From contig JAWMAR010000025.1 of the NCBI GenBank assembly GCA_036785375.1, positions 8,494,001 to 8,558,000 on the forward strand: a DNA stretch of 64,000 nucleotides, in the 5' to 3' direction. The position numbers were made by a program, and so were the translations under genes. This stretch comes from Leucoraja ocellata (lineage: Eukaryota). Under the pieces are notes generated by a model. That model did not search any database. It was not told where the DNA came from and was given only the letters and a program-made list of their open reading frames with translations. Shown piece after piece: positions 38,366 to 49,677 of the stretch (the first letter of the stretch is position 1; the number at the start of each line of letters is the position of its first letter).

Positions 38366-38382
38366 GCTCATCATGACAACAG
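38366..38382 (+). promoter_or_regulatory. EPB41: Exon 2' (17 nt, contains AUG1) bounded by two alternative 3' splice sites
   Basis: ag|GCTCATCATGACAACAG|AAATT. The second AG at 38381-38382 lies exactly 17 nt after the first, as in mammalian exon 2'. Confidence 0.75.
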
Positions 38383-38858
38383 AAATTAGCTTGAGTGCTG
38401 CCACAGGAAATCCACAGCAGCCAAGTTCTGAACAAGAGCCTCCCAAGTTTGACAAACCGGAAAGTCAGCCAAAGGAGAATCAGCAGTTGGAAGAGGTGGT
38501 GGACAAGCAAGCGGGTGGAGACCAGAACACGCCAACAACACCAGTCAATGGTATTCCAACCAACAAAGAGGAGGCAGCGAAGGAGCAGTCATCCGGTAGC
38601 AAAGGCTTGTCTCGTTTCTTGCCTGGCTGGTTTAAAAGACCCAAGTCTCAGATTTCAGAAGAGGAAAGTGGAAAGGAGGTTGGTGTTGCTTCTGAACCCA
38701 GCAACGCAATACCAGAGCAACCACTAGATTCGATAAAGCAAACAGAAGAAGGCGAATTAGTTGAGCAAGGAGCACCTATCGCAGATCAGGAGCTGGATGA
38801 TAACATTGACGAAGAAGCAACATTAGATTTGCATTCTGTTAGCAGTGCTGAAACTCAG
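38373..38858 (+). CDS. EPB41: Protein 4.1R exon 2 (headpiece/U1, AUG1); exon starts at 38366 with 7 nt of 5'UTR
   Basis: Acceptor ttttaag|gctcatcATG, donor CAG|gtaatt. Encodes MTTE...KRPKSQISEEE...LDLHSVSSAETQ (162 aa, phase 0), matching 4.1R motifs MTTE, KRPKSQVSEEE and LDLHSLSSAETQ. Confidence 0.95.
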
Positions 38859-40101
38859 GTAATTGATACTTTTATTAGAATACATTTGTGCTTAATAGCC
38901 ACATGATGTAAAAATGTATTTGATTGTTTTAAGTCTGGTCTTGCATGCAATGGGAACTTTTTGTTGCCACATAGCAATGCTTCATCCACAATTGCACTAA
39001 CTACTCTGCAATAGCAATATCGTGCAAAAGAAATCTAAATCGGTGGAATGTTCCTCCGTGTGGAGCAATTGCTTTCTTTGAATTGAATGAAACTTTGGCT
39101 CAAGCTCTATAATGGTGAAATAAATACCATATGCATTGTAGCCAAGCTACTGGGGGAATAGCTTTCATTACATATCAAAAATTTAACTCGCTATCAATGT
39201 TAGTTAAAATTATAATTTAAAAGTTTTCTTGAATTTTCTCACCTGCTGCCATTTTTGTTTACCATTTTACCCTTGAATAGATGTAATGTATGTTAACATT
39301 GCAAGTCACTTTTAGACAGTTGTTTCTGTTTTGCAAGTTTGCAAGACTAATATTTGTCCTCTATGCAATCAGAAGTTTGATTGAAAAGAAACCTCATAAA
39401 ATGGTGCAAAATCAATAAGACTTGGGAGAGGAATGAACCTTTTCGTACATCTTTTAAAAAATTGCTAAAAAATTTTAAATAAATACACCCATAGGTGGGC
39501 TATAGGTCCATGATAAATGATGATTAAACCAAGATCATCCGCATAGCTACAGGGCTTAATGATTGGGATAAGGAGGTTTTTTTTTCCATTTCAAGAATGG
39601 TTTTGGATGGATACTAGTTTCTCCATCCATTTATCAGAATAATTGTGTTTATTTTAGTGCACAGCTTGTAAAGTTTTACCTGTGGATGAGAGCTTTACTG
39701 ATGATTTACTGATAAATGTGGAAAATAAATATTTAGAAATAGAATACCTTTTTATTTTGTCATTATTGAACTAGAGTTCACCTGATCAAAACAATGCAGT
39801 GAAAATCATAGCCTATGGACAATGGCAACGCTTGTTAATAATGGCTAGCTCAAAAATCCACCTGTGAATCCCAAGAAATAGATTCCTTTTTGTCTTGGAT
39901 CATATTTGTTTTTTCCCCATCAGAGTTGCGATTGATTCTAGTGGTGTTGTCTTATTTAAATCTGACGGTCATTTGTCAATTATCGCTCTTTAAAGTATAT
40001 TAATTTAACTGTAAAAAGAAATGTGATCCTCAGGGCCTAAGACTCCTGAAATTCACGTGATAATTTGTAACAGTTGCTTAACAATTTTGTTTATGTTACA
40101 G

Positions 40102-40314
40102 CCAGCCCAAGAGGAAAAAGAAGATATTGGCCCAGAAAAGGATTCTGAAGTTAAGGATGAAGTAAAGCTAGATGTTACTGAGGAAAAAACTGAAAGTACA
40201 GAGTTAAAAACCAGTAAGGATTTAAAACCACCACTCAAGGTTGCCAAAAAATCAAAAACCATGCACTGTAAGGTGACTCTTTTGGATGAAACTGAATTTC
40301 AGTGTGATGTTGAG
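40102..40314 (+). CDS. EPB41: Protein 4.1R exon 4 (end of headpiece, AUG2 at 40261, start of FERM)
   Basis: ttacag|CCAGCCCAA ... GTTGAG|gtaaga; 213 nt; PAQEE...MHCKVTLLDETEFQCDVE. MHCKV is the N-terminus of the 80 kDa 4.1R isoform. Confidence 0.97.
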
Positions 40315-41819
40315 GTAAGAATAATGCACTCTTTCTTGTATTTAATATTTTCTCTGTGGCTTTCAACTGATGACTAAGATTTTAGGTGTCAACTTGGCCA
40401 GGGAAGTTCATAGATACTTCTAAAACCTTGTAACCAAAAGGGGGTCTGCCCAGTAATAGTCTGCATTGAAGATAAACTTCAAAGCAATATGTGTGAAACA
40501 AATTTTCATTTGTTTTCCCGCCTACTCTTTGGTCGTACTGCACTGTTCTCCAACTGAGAGGATGGGACGATAACCTGCCTCCAGGTATTTGCACCATTTA
40601 ACTAGCCACTAGGTGTGCAAGAATGCTCTGGGGTGTTCCACTCTTTTTCTAATCTTCTCTTCACAAAATCTTCTGCACCATTGGTTTGCAATTTCTCTGT
40701 TGTAAACTTAAATGCTTAATCACTATTTGATGAGTTATATGAGAGAGGTTCTGCAGTGTGGTGGGACACCAGCTCACTATCATGAGTCTAGCCACCTTAT
40801 TTTAGCAGAGAACCACAAATGAACTGCCAAGACCTACACTGTAATAAACTGGCGAGTTTGAAAAAGGTTTGAGAGCAGAATAGCTTAACCTGCCATGGAT
40901 GAACTAACTATAAGGCTGGGATTGAAAGCAGGAGAAAAATACTGATTTTGTTTATGGCAATTTTGTCTTATCTTTATATTTCTGGGAAAGAATCTGTAGG
41001 CTTTCAGTGGTAAAGTCACTTGTCTCGAAAAATAATTTTTCAGTGTTGTTACACACAAGTTGGTTATTTTGCATCAAATGCAGGTAAGCAATTTTCAAAA
41101 ATAGCAAGAATGAATTTCTATCCAATATAGATAGTTTGGTTTTTCTAGAGCATGTTAGTTTTTTCGTGAACTAGACGTCTGAGCCTAACCTTCCTTTGAT
41201 TGTCAGTGGATGCAAAACCCCAGAGCTGAACTGCCCACACAGTGCATTATAGCTGCTTGAAGTGCTCTTAGCATGGCCGAACAGTGGGTCCTATCTAATC
41301 GTAATATCCAGGGAGATGCATTAATTTTGCCAGTTGACGGGAGCCTCTGTTTAAATACAAAAGCTAAATGTCATTCTATTAAAAAAAAATCTGACTTGAC
41401 AAAGGGATGATAGTAATCATTGACAAAGTCACCCCAATCATTGTTGTCACCAGGCTTAATTGTATATTGGCAAGTTGCAGATTACATAAGTGCTGTTTTC
41501 TCAGATGCTACAACAAACAAGTCTTTATTTCAGTATTGTATTACTCAAGGTACTGTTGCTGGAACAAAATCTTTACTTGCACCGCCAATTGTTGTTCACA
41601 GTTTAAATGGGCGCTGTAATAGAAATTGCACTATAAATTATGCTTCTCCAAAACCTAGTGACAACATGTGTAATTACACAGCAATAATGCATGTGCAATA
41701 CTTGATGATGTTGTATGAATTGGCTTTAATATTGAGCATTAAAAGTATTCCGCCTCTTAAATCGTGGTACTGCAAACTGATACATATTAAAATACTGTAA
41801 TATATCCTTGTTGATACAG

Positions 41820-41924
41820 AGACATTCCAAGGGGCATGAGCTGTTCACTAAAGTGTGTCAACATCTTAATCTTCTGGAGAAGGACTATTTTGGACTGGCC
41901 TTTTGGGATTCAACAAATCAGAGA
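41820..41924 (+). CDS. EPB41: Protein 4.1R exon 5 (FERM N-lobe)
   Basis: atacag|AGACAT ... CAGAGA|gtaaga; 105 nt; RHSKGHELFTKVCQHLNLLEKDYFGLAFWDSTNQR. Not in the ORF track; translated by hand. Confidence 0.96.
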
Positions 41925-44479
41925 GTAAGAAACTTTATTTTATTTTCAAAATCAGGCAATGTTCATGTCAAAATCTAGCTATCCTTTTTCTTTCTTATTG
42001 AGGCATTCAAAATTTGATTTGATAATTCAGCTTAATAACCTGTCAGATGTAAGCAAGCAATGTTCATCTTTGAATTGTAAATGCGGGAAGTTCTGCTATG
42101 ATGTGTATTTTCATACCACAAATTGAATATTGATAAATCAGGCAGCGCTATTTGTATTATGCAGGCCAAATTGGCTATGAAGCAATTTCTATTGCGACTA
42201 AGGGAAACACTTAAGTTATTTCAAAAATTGAAAAGTAGAAAGAAAAACTGAATTGGAGGAGAAAAAACCCTTAGGGGGGGAAAAAACTGTTTCCATGTAA
42301 TCTCCCTGTAATCGGACATTGTCCCTTAAAAACAGTCTGTCAGTTTCACTACAGGTGGCCCTTGTAACTGACAACTAATCACTTATTTTGACATGGGTGC
42401 AATGATACTCTATGAAACAATGTAATGTAATGTACACCCATTAATGTTTTTAACCTGCAGTAACAAAAAAAGTTATAGCTATTAAAAGGATATTTATTTT
42501 TGAAACCCTATGAGAGAAATAACTTCTGTTACTGCTAATCTCCTTTCCCCACTAACACAATAGTTTTTACAGTGTGATTTTTCTATAACATAAAATTTCT
42601 TATGAATGCAACTATCGTATTATAGTGGAGCTTCGTGAATATAAAGAAAACTATGACATAATGGAATAATGGATTATTTGTATCACTTTTCTGGATGTGA
42701 ATGGTATAGTAGGAAAGTGCCAGAATTTATATATTCTTGCAAGCTGTTCCTTTCCTACATTTCACGGAATCAAACCACACATAAGGAAGCCAAGTCTTGT
42801 GAAGACCCAACCAATTATTATTCACTAACTCTTCTCCCCATAGTCTAGCATTTTTTTCCTTCAAGAATGTATCCAATTTCCTTTTGAAAATAATTATTAA
42901 ATCTGTTCTCACTGCACTTGCATTACAGTTAACTCATTACAGATCAGAGTAACTCACTAACTAAAAACAAAAGTTATCTTATCTCTGGTCCTTCTACCAG
43001 TCAGCTTCCAAAATTGTCCCTATGACCCTTGTGTCGCTTACATCTATCTGTTTACCTCATCAAAACACTCTCTTATTCTGAACATCTGTCTCTATTAAAT
43101 CTCCCTGTAATCTTTTGTGTGCCAGCAAAGGACAACATTGTTTTTAAGATGTTCTGCGTAACGAAAGTCCTTTGCCCCTTGTATTAAACAAATCTGCTCT
43201 GAAAATTTGTGTTGGTATTAAATGATGAAGATGTTAAGAAAGATGAGCAAATATTTAATAAGATTTGGCAGGAAAGGTGTATCTGGAAAATGTTCCTGAA
43301 GGTGAATAAATGGATAGATTGGTAGTTTATATTATTTATCAACAAACAATAATGGTGCCGGTATTCTGTTACTTTAGTGCTTTTATATTCAGGATTTATA
43401 TTGGCTTTCAACTAAATGAGGCACAGTTTACCATTTAAAGTACTGTTGCCGGTTTTATAGAATGGGGCTCAGTATATTCCCATGATGAAGGAAATTGCAT
43501 GGCAATATCAAGTTGGTAGAAACCTGTGAGATGCTATCAGACTTGTAAAAGCAGAACAGAGCATTGTGAAAGATAAAGTGCTGGCGAACTAGTATTTAGA
43601 CTATTTTTCCTATTTGCTCCTCCAGTAGTCGGTGATGTATGTGACTGAGCCTGCTGTGTATTTCAAAGAAGTCGTGATTGGTCTGCATTTGGATTATACA
43701 CATAACATAAATACTGAGCACTTTATGCATGTTGTGTCATTTGAAACATCGCATTAATTTTGCTTCCTATTGAGATGTGATTGCTGTGCAATTTGAGAAA
43801 TCATACTTTTTATCCAAAGTATTTTGTTCACTGGTTAAATGGTCTGCACGGTGATTTTGATTATATAAGGAGTTCAGTTATCACTTTCCATCACAGTTGG
43901 GAAAGAATAATGGATGAATGAACCCTCAGAGATAATTTAATTTCTATTTAGAACCATTTGAATGGCTTTGGTTTATTTGATGAGTAAGGTTAAATAGTGC
44001 TATCAAACACTTGTCATTATCCCTGGCTTTTGAGAGCTGAATGTGATCTGAATAACTGAACATGGAGTCAATTGTGAGCCAGAGTTGTAGTGCACATTAT
44101 TTGTCATTAATGAGAATCTCATAGCATCAGAACACCAGGTATACCTGATCTTTATTTATTAGTTCCATATATTGAGCATGTTTATGGAAAATAAAACATA
44201 TTGATTTTTGGCACCAAAACGGAATATCTTGTGCATTTGAAATTAATTTTATAATTCATTTGATAATCTGGCATTTTTAGCACTCTGAACTCCATGTGGG
44301 CAATTCAGCTCATAATATTTCATGATGGTAAATTGGGGACTCTGGGTTTACAAATAAAGTTTTATGTCAGAGTTGCCCTAAAGAGGTATTGGTTTAAAGG
44401 TTGATTGATATGTAAAATTATCAGGAGGTTATAAAAATATTGTATGAAAAGTTATGAACTGCAGATTATCAGTAATTCT

Positions 44480-45248
44480 GAACTGGCCTATTGATAGAAT
44501 ACAGAGGGTTGTGGTGGAAGGACAATATTCAGGCTGTATATCTGTGACCAATGAGGCTCCGCAAGGATCCCTGATCTTTGTGATACATATAAATGAACTG
44601 GACACAAGTGTAGGCGGCTTGATTAGTAAGTTTGCAGATTACGCCAAGATGCTGGGATTGTGGATAGTAAGGAAGGCTATCGGAAGTATACAGCAGGATA
44701 TAGATCAGCTACAAAAATGGGCAGAGAAATGGCAGATGGAGTTTAATCCGACCAAATGTGAGGTGTTGAACTTTGGATGGTCAAATGTAAGTGGAAAATA
44801 TACAATTAATGGAATGACCCTTAACAGCATTGATGTACAAAGGGATTTTGGGTCCCAAGTCCATAACTCCTTGAAAGTGGCAACACTAGTAGATAGTGGT
44901 AAAGAAAGCAAATGGTACGCTTGTGTATATAGGTTGGGGCATTGAGTATAAGAGTCAGGAAGTCATGATGCAGCTTTATAGGACTTTGGTTAGACTGCAT
45001 TTGGAGTATTTGGGGGTATGGAGAGAAGGCAGGTACAGGATACTGAGTTGGATGATCAGCCATGATCATATTGAATGGCGGTGCAGGCTCGAAGGGCCGA
45101 ATGGCCTACTCCTGCACCTATTTTCTACGTTTCTATGTATTGCGTGTAGATCAGGTCGCCCCAATACAGGAATGATGTGGAGGCTTTGGAAAGCCTGCAG
45201 AGGATGTTTACCAGAATGATGCCTGGATTAGGAGGTATTAGCTACAGG
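44480..45248 (+). mobile_element. Older CR1 RT fragment containing a nested young CR1 3' tail (45011-45136)
   Basis: QRVVVEG...PQGS...ISKFADYAK...WAEKWQMEFNPTKCEVL. The nested tail is flanked by gtatt at 45006-45010 and 45137-45141, splitting the HLEYCV motif. Confidence 0.9.
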
Positions 45249-45430
45249 TTTGTTTTTTTTGTTTTTGTTTTTTTTTTCCTTCCTTTTGAATATACTAAAG
45301 GAGCTTTCTTTTATGATTATAGTTGTGGCGACTACACTAATATGTTGAACCTATTGTTCAGGATTTGGTCCACAATGTGATTTATATTTGTCAAACAAGC
45401 AGTTCATGTAACATTTTTTTATGATTTTAG

Positions 45431-45473
45431 AGTTGGCTGGATCTTACCAAAGAGATTAAGAAGCAAATGCAGG
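45431..45473 (+). CDS. EPB41: Protein 4.1R exon 6 (FERM N-lobe)
   Basis: ttttag|AGTTGG ... CAGG|gtaaga; 43 nt; SWLDLTKEIKKQMQ(G), equivalent to TWLDSAKEIKKQVR. Confidence 0.95.
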
Positions 45474-46161
45474 GTAAGATATTTTCTCATCCAATCCATC
45501 TAAAATCACTTATCTGGTTTACGCAATAGCAGGATTCTATTGTCTGATGTATTCCAAAGCTTCTAATAGTTTGTCTGTGCAACATAGATCTTAAATGATC
45601 CTTGAAGGATTGCCCACAGCTACTTGTTTATAAATTCCTTACCAAATAAATCTGAACATGTTGGTAATGTAACATTGGCATAAGCAGTACTTTTATTTTG
45701 TACACATTAGGGATTTCATGATGGGTTGGATTTTTTTGAAATTCTGTTTTGCACTTGGACGCATTCTCTCAATGGTCTCTCTGACTTTAATGCCTTGAAT
45801 ATTTGCAAAATAAATTATCATTGAAGGCCAGGTCTAGATCCTGAACTTGCAACTGATGGGGGATGATGGGGATCACAGCCAGAGTTGGAAGTAAGCAATG
45901 ACTCGGAGAAGGGAATCTAGGTAATACAGGGCCAAAGCTGCAGTAGAGCAATTGGGAACTTGGTGATCAGAGCTAAAATATGGAGCAGGGAGGGTGGAGT
46001 CAATGGGAAGTGTAGTGGTGCTGTGATCCATGGGCCAGGGTCACGATTTGGGGGGGTGGGCGGGCTGGGGGTTGTGGACTTAAGTTAGAAAGTGAGTTGA
46101 GGTTTAGTGGATCGTAGACGGTCCGGGTTTAATGACAACACATTGTTTCTTTCTGCTTCAG

Positions 46162-46237
46162 GTGGTCCATGGGATTTTACTTTCAATGTGAAGTTTTACC
46201 CTCCAGACCCTGCACAGCTGACTGAAGATATAACAAG
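46162..46237 (+). CDS. EPB41: Protein 4.1R exon 7 (FERM)
   Basis: cttcag|GTGGTCCA ... ACAAG|gtgtac; 76 nt; [24 protein letters not shown](R). Confidence 0.96.
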
Positions 46238-47111
46238 GTGTACAGCTGTGTTCTCTTAATTTTTTTTAATCAATCATATATTTGATCATAATGTTTTTGA
46301 AAATGTTAAGTGCTTTGCTTGGGTATGCATGGGTACTAAATATAATTACCATGTAATTACAAATGTGTGTAAAATAATAATGTAAATTTTGAAATCTTGT
46401 GCAAGTACACTCATTTCACGGCAGTAGAAAATAGAATAATTTTAAGATGGTTAAATATAAAAAACGTGCTGGGCTGGATTTTAATTTGGTTAGGATTTTA
46501 ACAACTATTTATAGGTAGCTCAAAATATTATTTAGAAGACTATTGTTTACAATATTCCATAGCGTACTGAAAGCGGATTATTTAAAACTAATGAAACGGG
46601 CATTTGTAGTTGATTCGACTATTTCCAGAACTGTTTCATGAAAGATCTGGATTTTGTGGTAATAACGCCAGCAAAATTGATGGTATTCACAGTCATTACA
46701 GAGTGAAATTGACTGCAGTTACTAGGATACATATTTAGATAGTTGAGAAAATCCCATAAATATTTTGGTGATTCATTGTTCCCGACAGAGAGCACTGTTT
46801 TGCAACTCACCCCCATGATATTCTCCAACAATCAGTTGATGCAGACCTCATGTATTTATCAAATATTGGTGCTCCAAAGTACCCTGAAAACATTAGACTT
46901 TACTCCTGTAATGTAATGGTTAAACCCTGCATATATTTCATTACAGTTACATGAGGCTAAGCGTTTAAGCATCATAAAATCCTAGAAAGACACAACACAA
47001 TAAGCGAAACATCTTCAGCACACCAAGTGAGGACTGAAAATTACCCATGCATTTTCACACCCATCCTAACCTAACCTATTTTATTCTTCCCCCCCCCCCC
47101 CCCCCCCCCAA

Positions 47112-47470
47112 TACAAAAAACAAAAGTACTGTAAGAATTCAGAGGATCAGGGAGCATCTGTAAAGGGGATGAACAACAAGGAGTCTGAAGAAGGGTCCCA
47201 TCCTGAAATGTTATCTGTCCATTCCCTTCACAGATGCTGCCTGATTTACTATCCTCCACCACCAAGTTTTTTGTTAATAACTACAGCTTCTGCAGTCTCT
47301 TGTGTCCATTACTCTCCCCATATTTCTCTCTGCCCCCCCCCCCCCCCCCCCCACCCCTCCAAACTCTACCATTCATCTACAGATTGTGTTCAACTTGCAA
47401 TAGCCAGTAAATCTGCACACTCGTCACTAGTTTTGAGAGGCAGCAACTCTACTTACGGTGCCACTCCATT
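47112..47470. mobile_element. Degenerate palindromic Penelope-like pLTR followed by a SINE remnant
   Basis: gcatctgtaaagggga...gtctgaagaagggtcccatcctgaaatgtt...cagatgctgcctga, then gaggcagcaactctact...gtgccact. Confidence 0.6.
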
Positions 47471-49458
47471 CCCCATGTGGCTAATGAGTCACGATTATGG
47501 CTTTGAGAACTCTTTATCCCATAAATAAACTAATCATATCCATGTGTATTATAATTCCCTCAGTCAAATATTACAAAAATAGAATGCACTATGATAGCAG
47601 TAGGAAGCTGAAATGCCAAATTTTGTGTACTTTGCACTTCTTAATTCATGTTCTGAAAAAAACATTTAAATTGTTTGTTGAAATTGAGCTGCTTACCCCC
47701 TGGATAATTGACTCTCTAAATAATTCAAAGAATTGCCTGGAATGTTACTGCATTTTTAAGCATGTTGCCCATTTTTTCAGGCACTGTATTCAGGTCCAAG
47801 TAGGCAGCTTGATCTATTTTAGTTTCTTTTTCTAAACCATTTGCCCCCTTCTATTATAACATTAACAGTATTCCCATCACATAATACTGATAGTTGAGGA
47901 TCATATTTAAGAGCCAAGACCAGTGCAGAATCTTTATTTAGGTTATATTCCTTTATGACATGTCCTTGAGCCTCATTTGGTGGATCCATAAAATATTTAA
48001 TGCCTCTCTGACACCAACTGGCTAAAAAATCTCTTCTCGTTCCCAACAGTCTAAAACTTAGTTGATTCGAAAATGTTGCTAATTTTCACTAATTCTGCAA
48101 AGTATTTGTAATTTTTGTATGTTTTTCTTTTAATTTGCATATAATCTTCAAACCCCTTTTTGCTTATATTTAATCAGTCGTCATCCTTGGGCCTTTTTTG
48201 TTTTGATTTTAAGGGTTCACATTTTTTTTAATGTGTTAAACTAAGAATCATATTATTCAAGTTAATCCTTTTAATATCGAAATTGTATGTTTCTGGAATC
48301 TTTACTTTGACCAGTTTCCTTTCGGGTATTTTCCCTGACAGATTTGAAAGCAAATTGGATGCAGTACTAAACACTAGATCTCAGTGTAGATATTGAATGA
48401 GTGGTCATTTTTTTTCAGAAAATGAGCCATCTGCTAAGCCTGAAAATAGGTGGATGGGAAATATGTTTTGTTGATGAAGGGTAAACAATAGGAATCCTTT
48501 ATCCATGCTGAAGGAAGTGATAGGCATGGGAAAATTTGAACACATAAAAGACACATATATAGGAAAATGTGGGAGGAAATGGTCCAGGTACTGGCTAATC
48601 GGACCAGCTTGATTTGGCAACTTGGTCGGCATGGATGAGTTGGGCCAAAGGGCTTGTTTCCATGTTGTACAACTTTGTGACTAATTCTTCCAAGGACACA
48701 GCTGCAACTTTATTATAATTTGTAATATTTTGTCAGACTTTTTTATATTTGTTTATTGATTATTCTGGACTGTTTTGCATTTATATGTCGTTTTCCTTTT
48801 ATGTTCCCTACAATTATTGCAAACTGTATTCTACCCTCATTGGATAACTGCTTTTCTTTCATCTGTTACCAGTCACCCTGTGCATGCACTGTACAGGCAG
48901 CATGCTTTTGTTATAATGCTACTCACTTGCTGCTTTGAACACGATCAAGCTCTGTACCTTAACCTTTGAATTTCCAAACACCTGTTACTTCCTTATTTTT
49001 CATTGTTCTTTTTCATTCATTTATGTTATGTAGAGAAGCCCACACATATTGTCCTTGAGAAAGTACTAATGAGCTACTTGACTGCTGCGGTTCTCACACA
49101 GTATGTGACTGATCAAGTAGCGCTCATCTACTCACGGTAGTTAGACCCAGTGAGGATGATAGAATAGTTATGTATTTCTAAATTGGGATTTATTGTGGCT
49201 TGGAGTGGAACATGCAGTTAGTGTTATTCCACTGGAAGTGGGATGTATTCTTTATAATACATTCTCAAACCATTGCCAATACGATTGGCTACACAGTTAA
49301 GCTGCAACACATGTCATTACCCAAGTTATCTATTATATGTTTATTTAACCTTTATTCAAAATGATTTAGGGTTGTTTACGTGGAATTTACTTGTGCTTTA
49401 AATTTACTCTTTCCAATAGCTTATTAAAATACAATTGATTACAAATGTGTTCTTTCAG

Positions 49459-49677
49459 ATATTACTTATGTCTTCAGCTGCGTCAGGACATAATTACTGG
49501 ATGTTTGCCTTGTTCATTTGTTACTCTTGCCCTTTTGGGATCGTATACAGTTCAGTCAGAGCTGGGCGAATATGATCCGGAGCTACATGGAACAGATTAT
49601 CTCACAGAGTTAAGGTTGGCTCCAAATCAAACAAAAGAACTGGAAGAAAAAATAAAGGAGCTTCATAAAACCCACAG
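49459..49677 (+). CDS. EPB41: Protein 4.1R exon 8 (FERM alpha-lobe)
   Basis: tttcag|ATATTAC ... CACAG|gtattc; 219 nt; [41 protein letters not shown]...ELHKTH(R). Confidence 0.97.

Noticed and set aside
38395-38727. 110-aa overlapping ORF in exon 2 as an independent gene
   Set aside because: Starts at a non-ATG codon in the +1 frame of EPB41 exon 2 and has no recognisable domain. Only its internal ATG is noted, as a possible uORF.
38859-40101. Orthologue of mammalian alternative exon 3
   Set aside because: No convincing acceptor-donor pair or homology was found by eye in this 1.2-kb intron.
41044-41090. Strong donor CAG|GTAAGC in intron 4
   Set aside because: The nearest acceptor gives a 40-nt frameshifting exon with no 4.1 homology; treated as a cryptic site.
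47089-47351. PolyC runs (also polyG near 12438 and 51822) as G-quadruplex or regulatory elements
   Set aside because: Simple homopolymers, mostly next to repeats and prone to sequencing length error; no further support.
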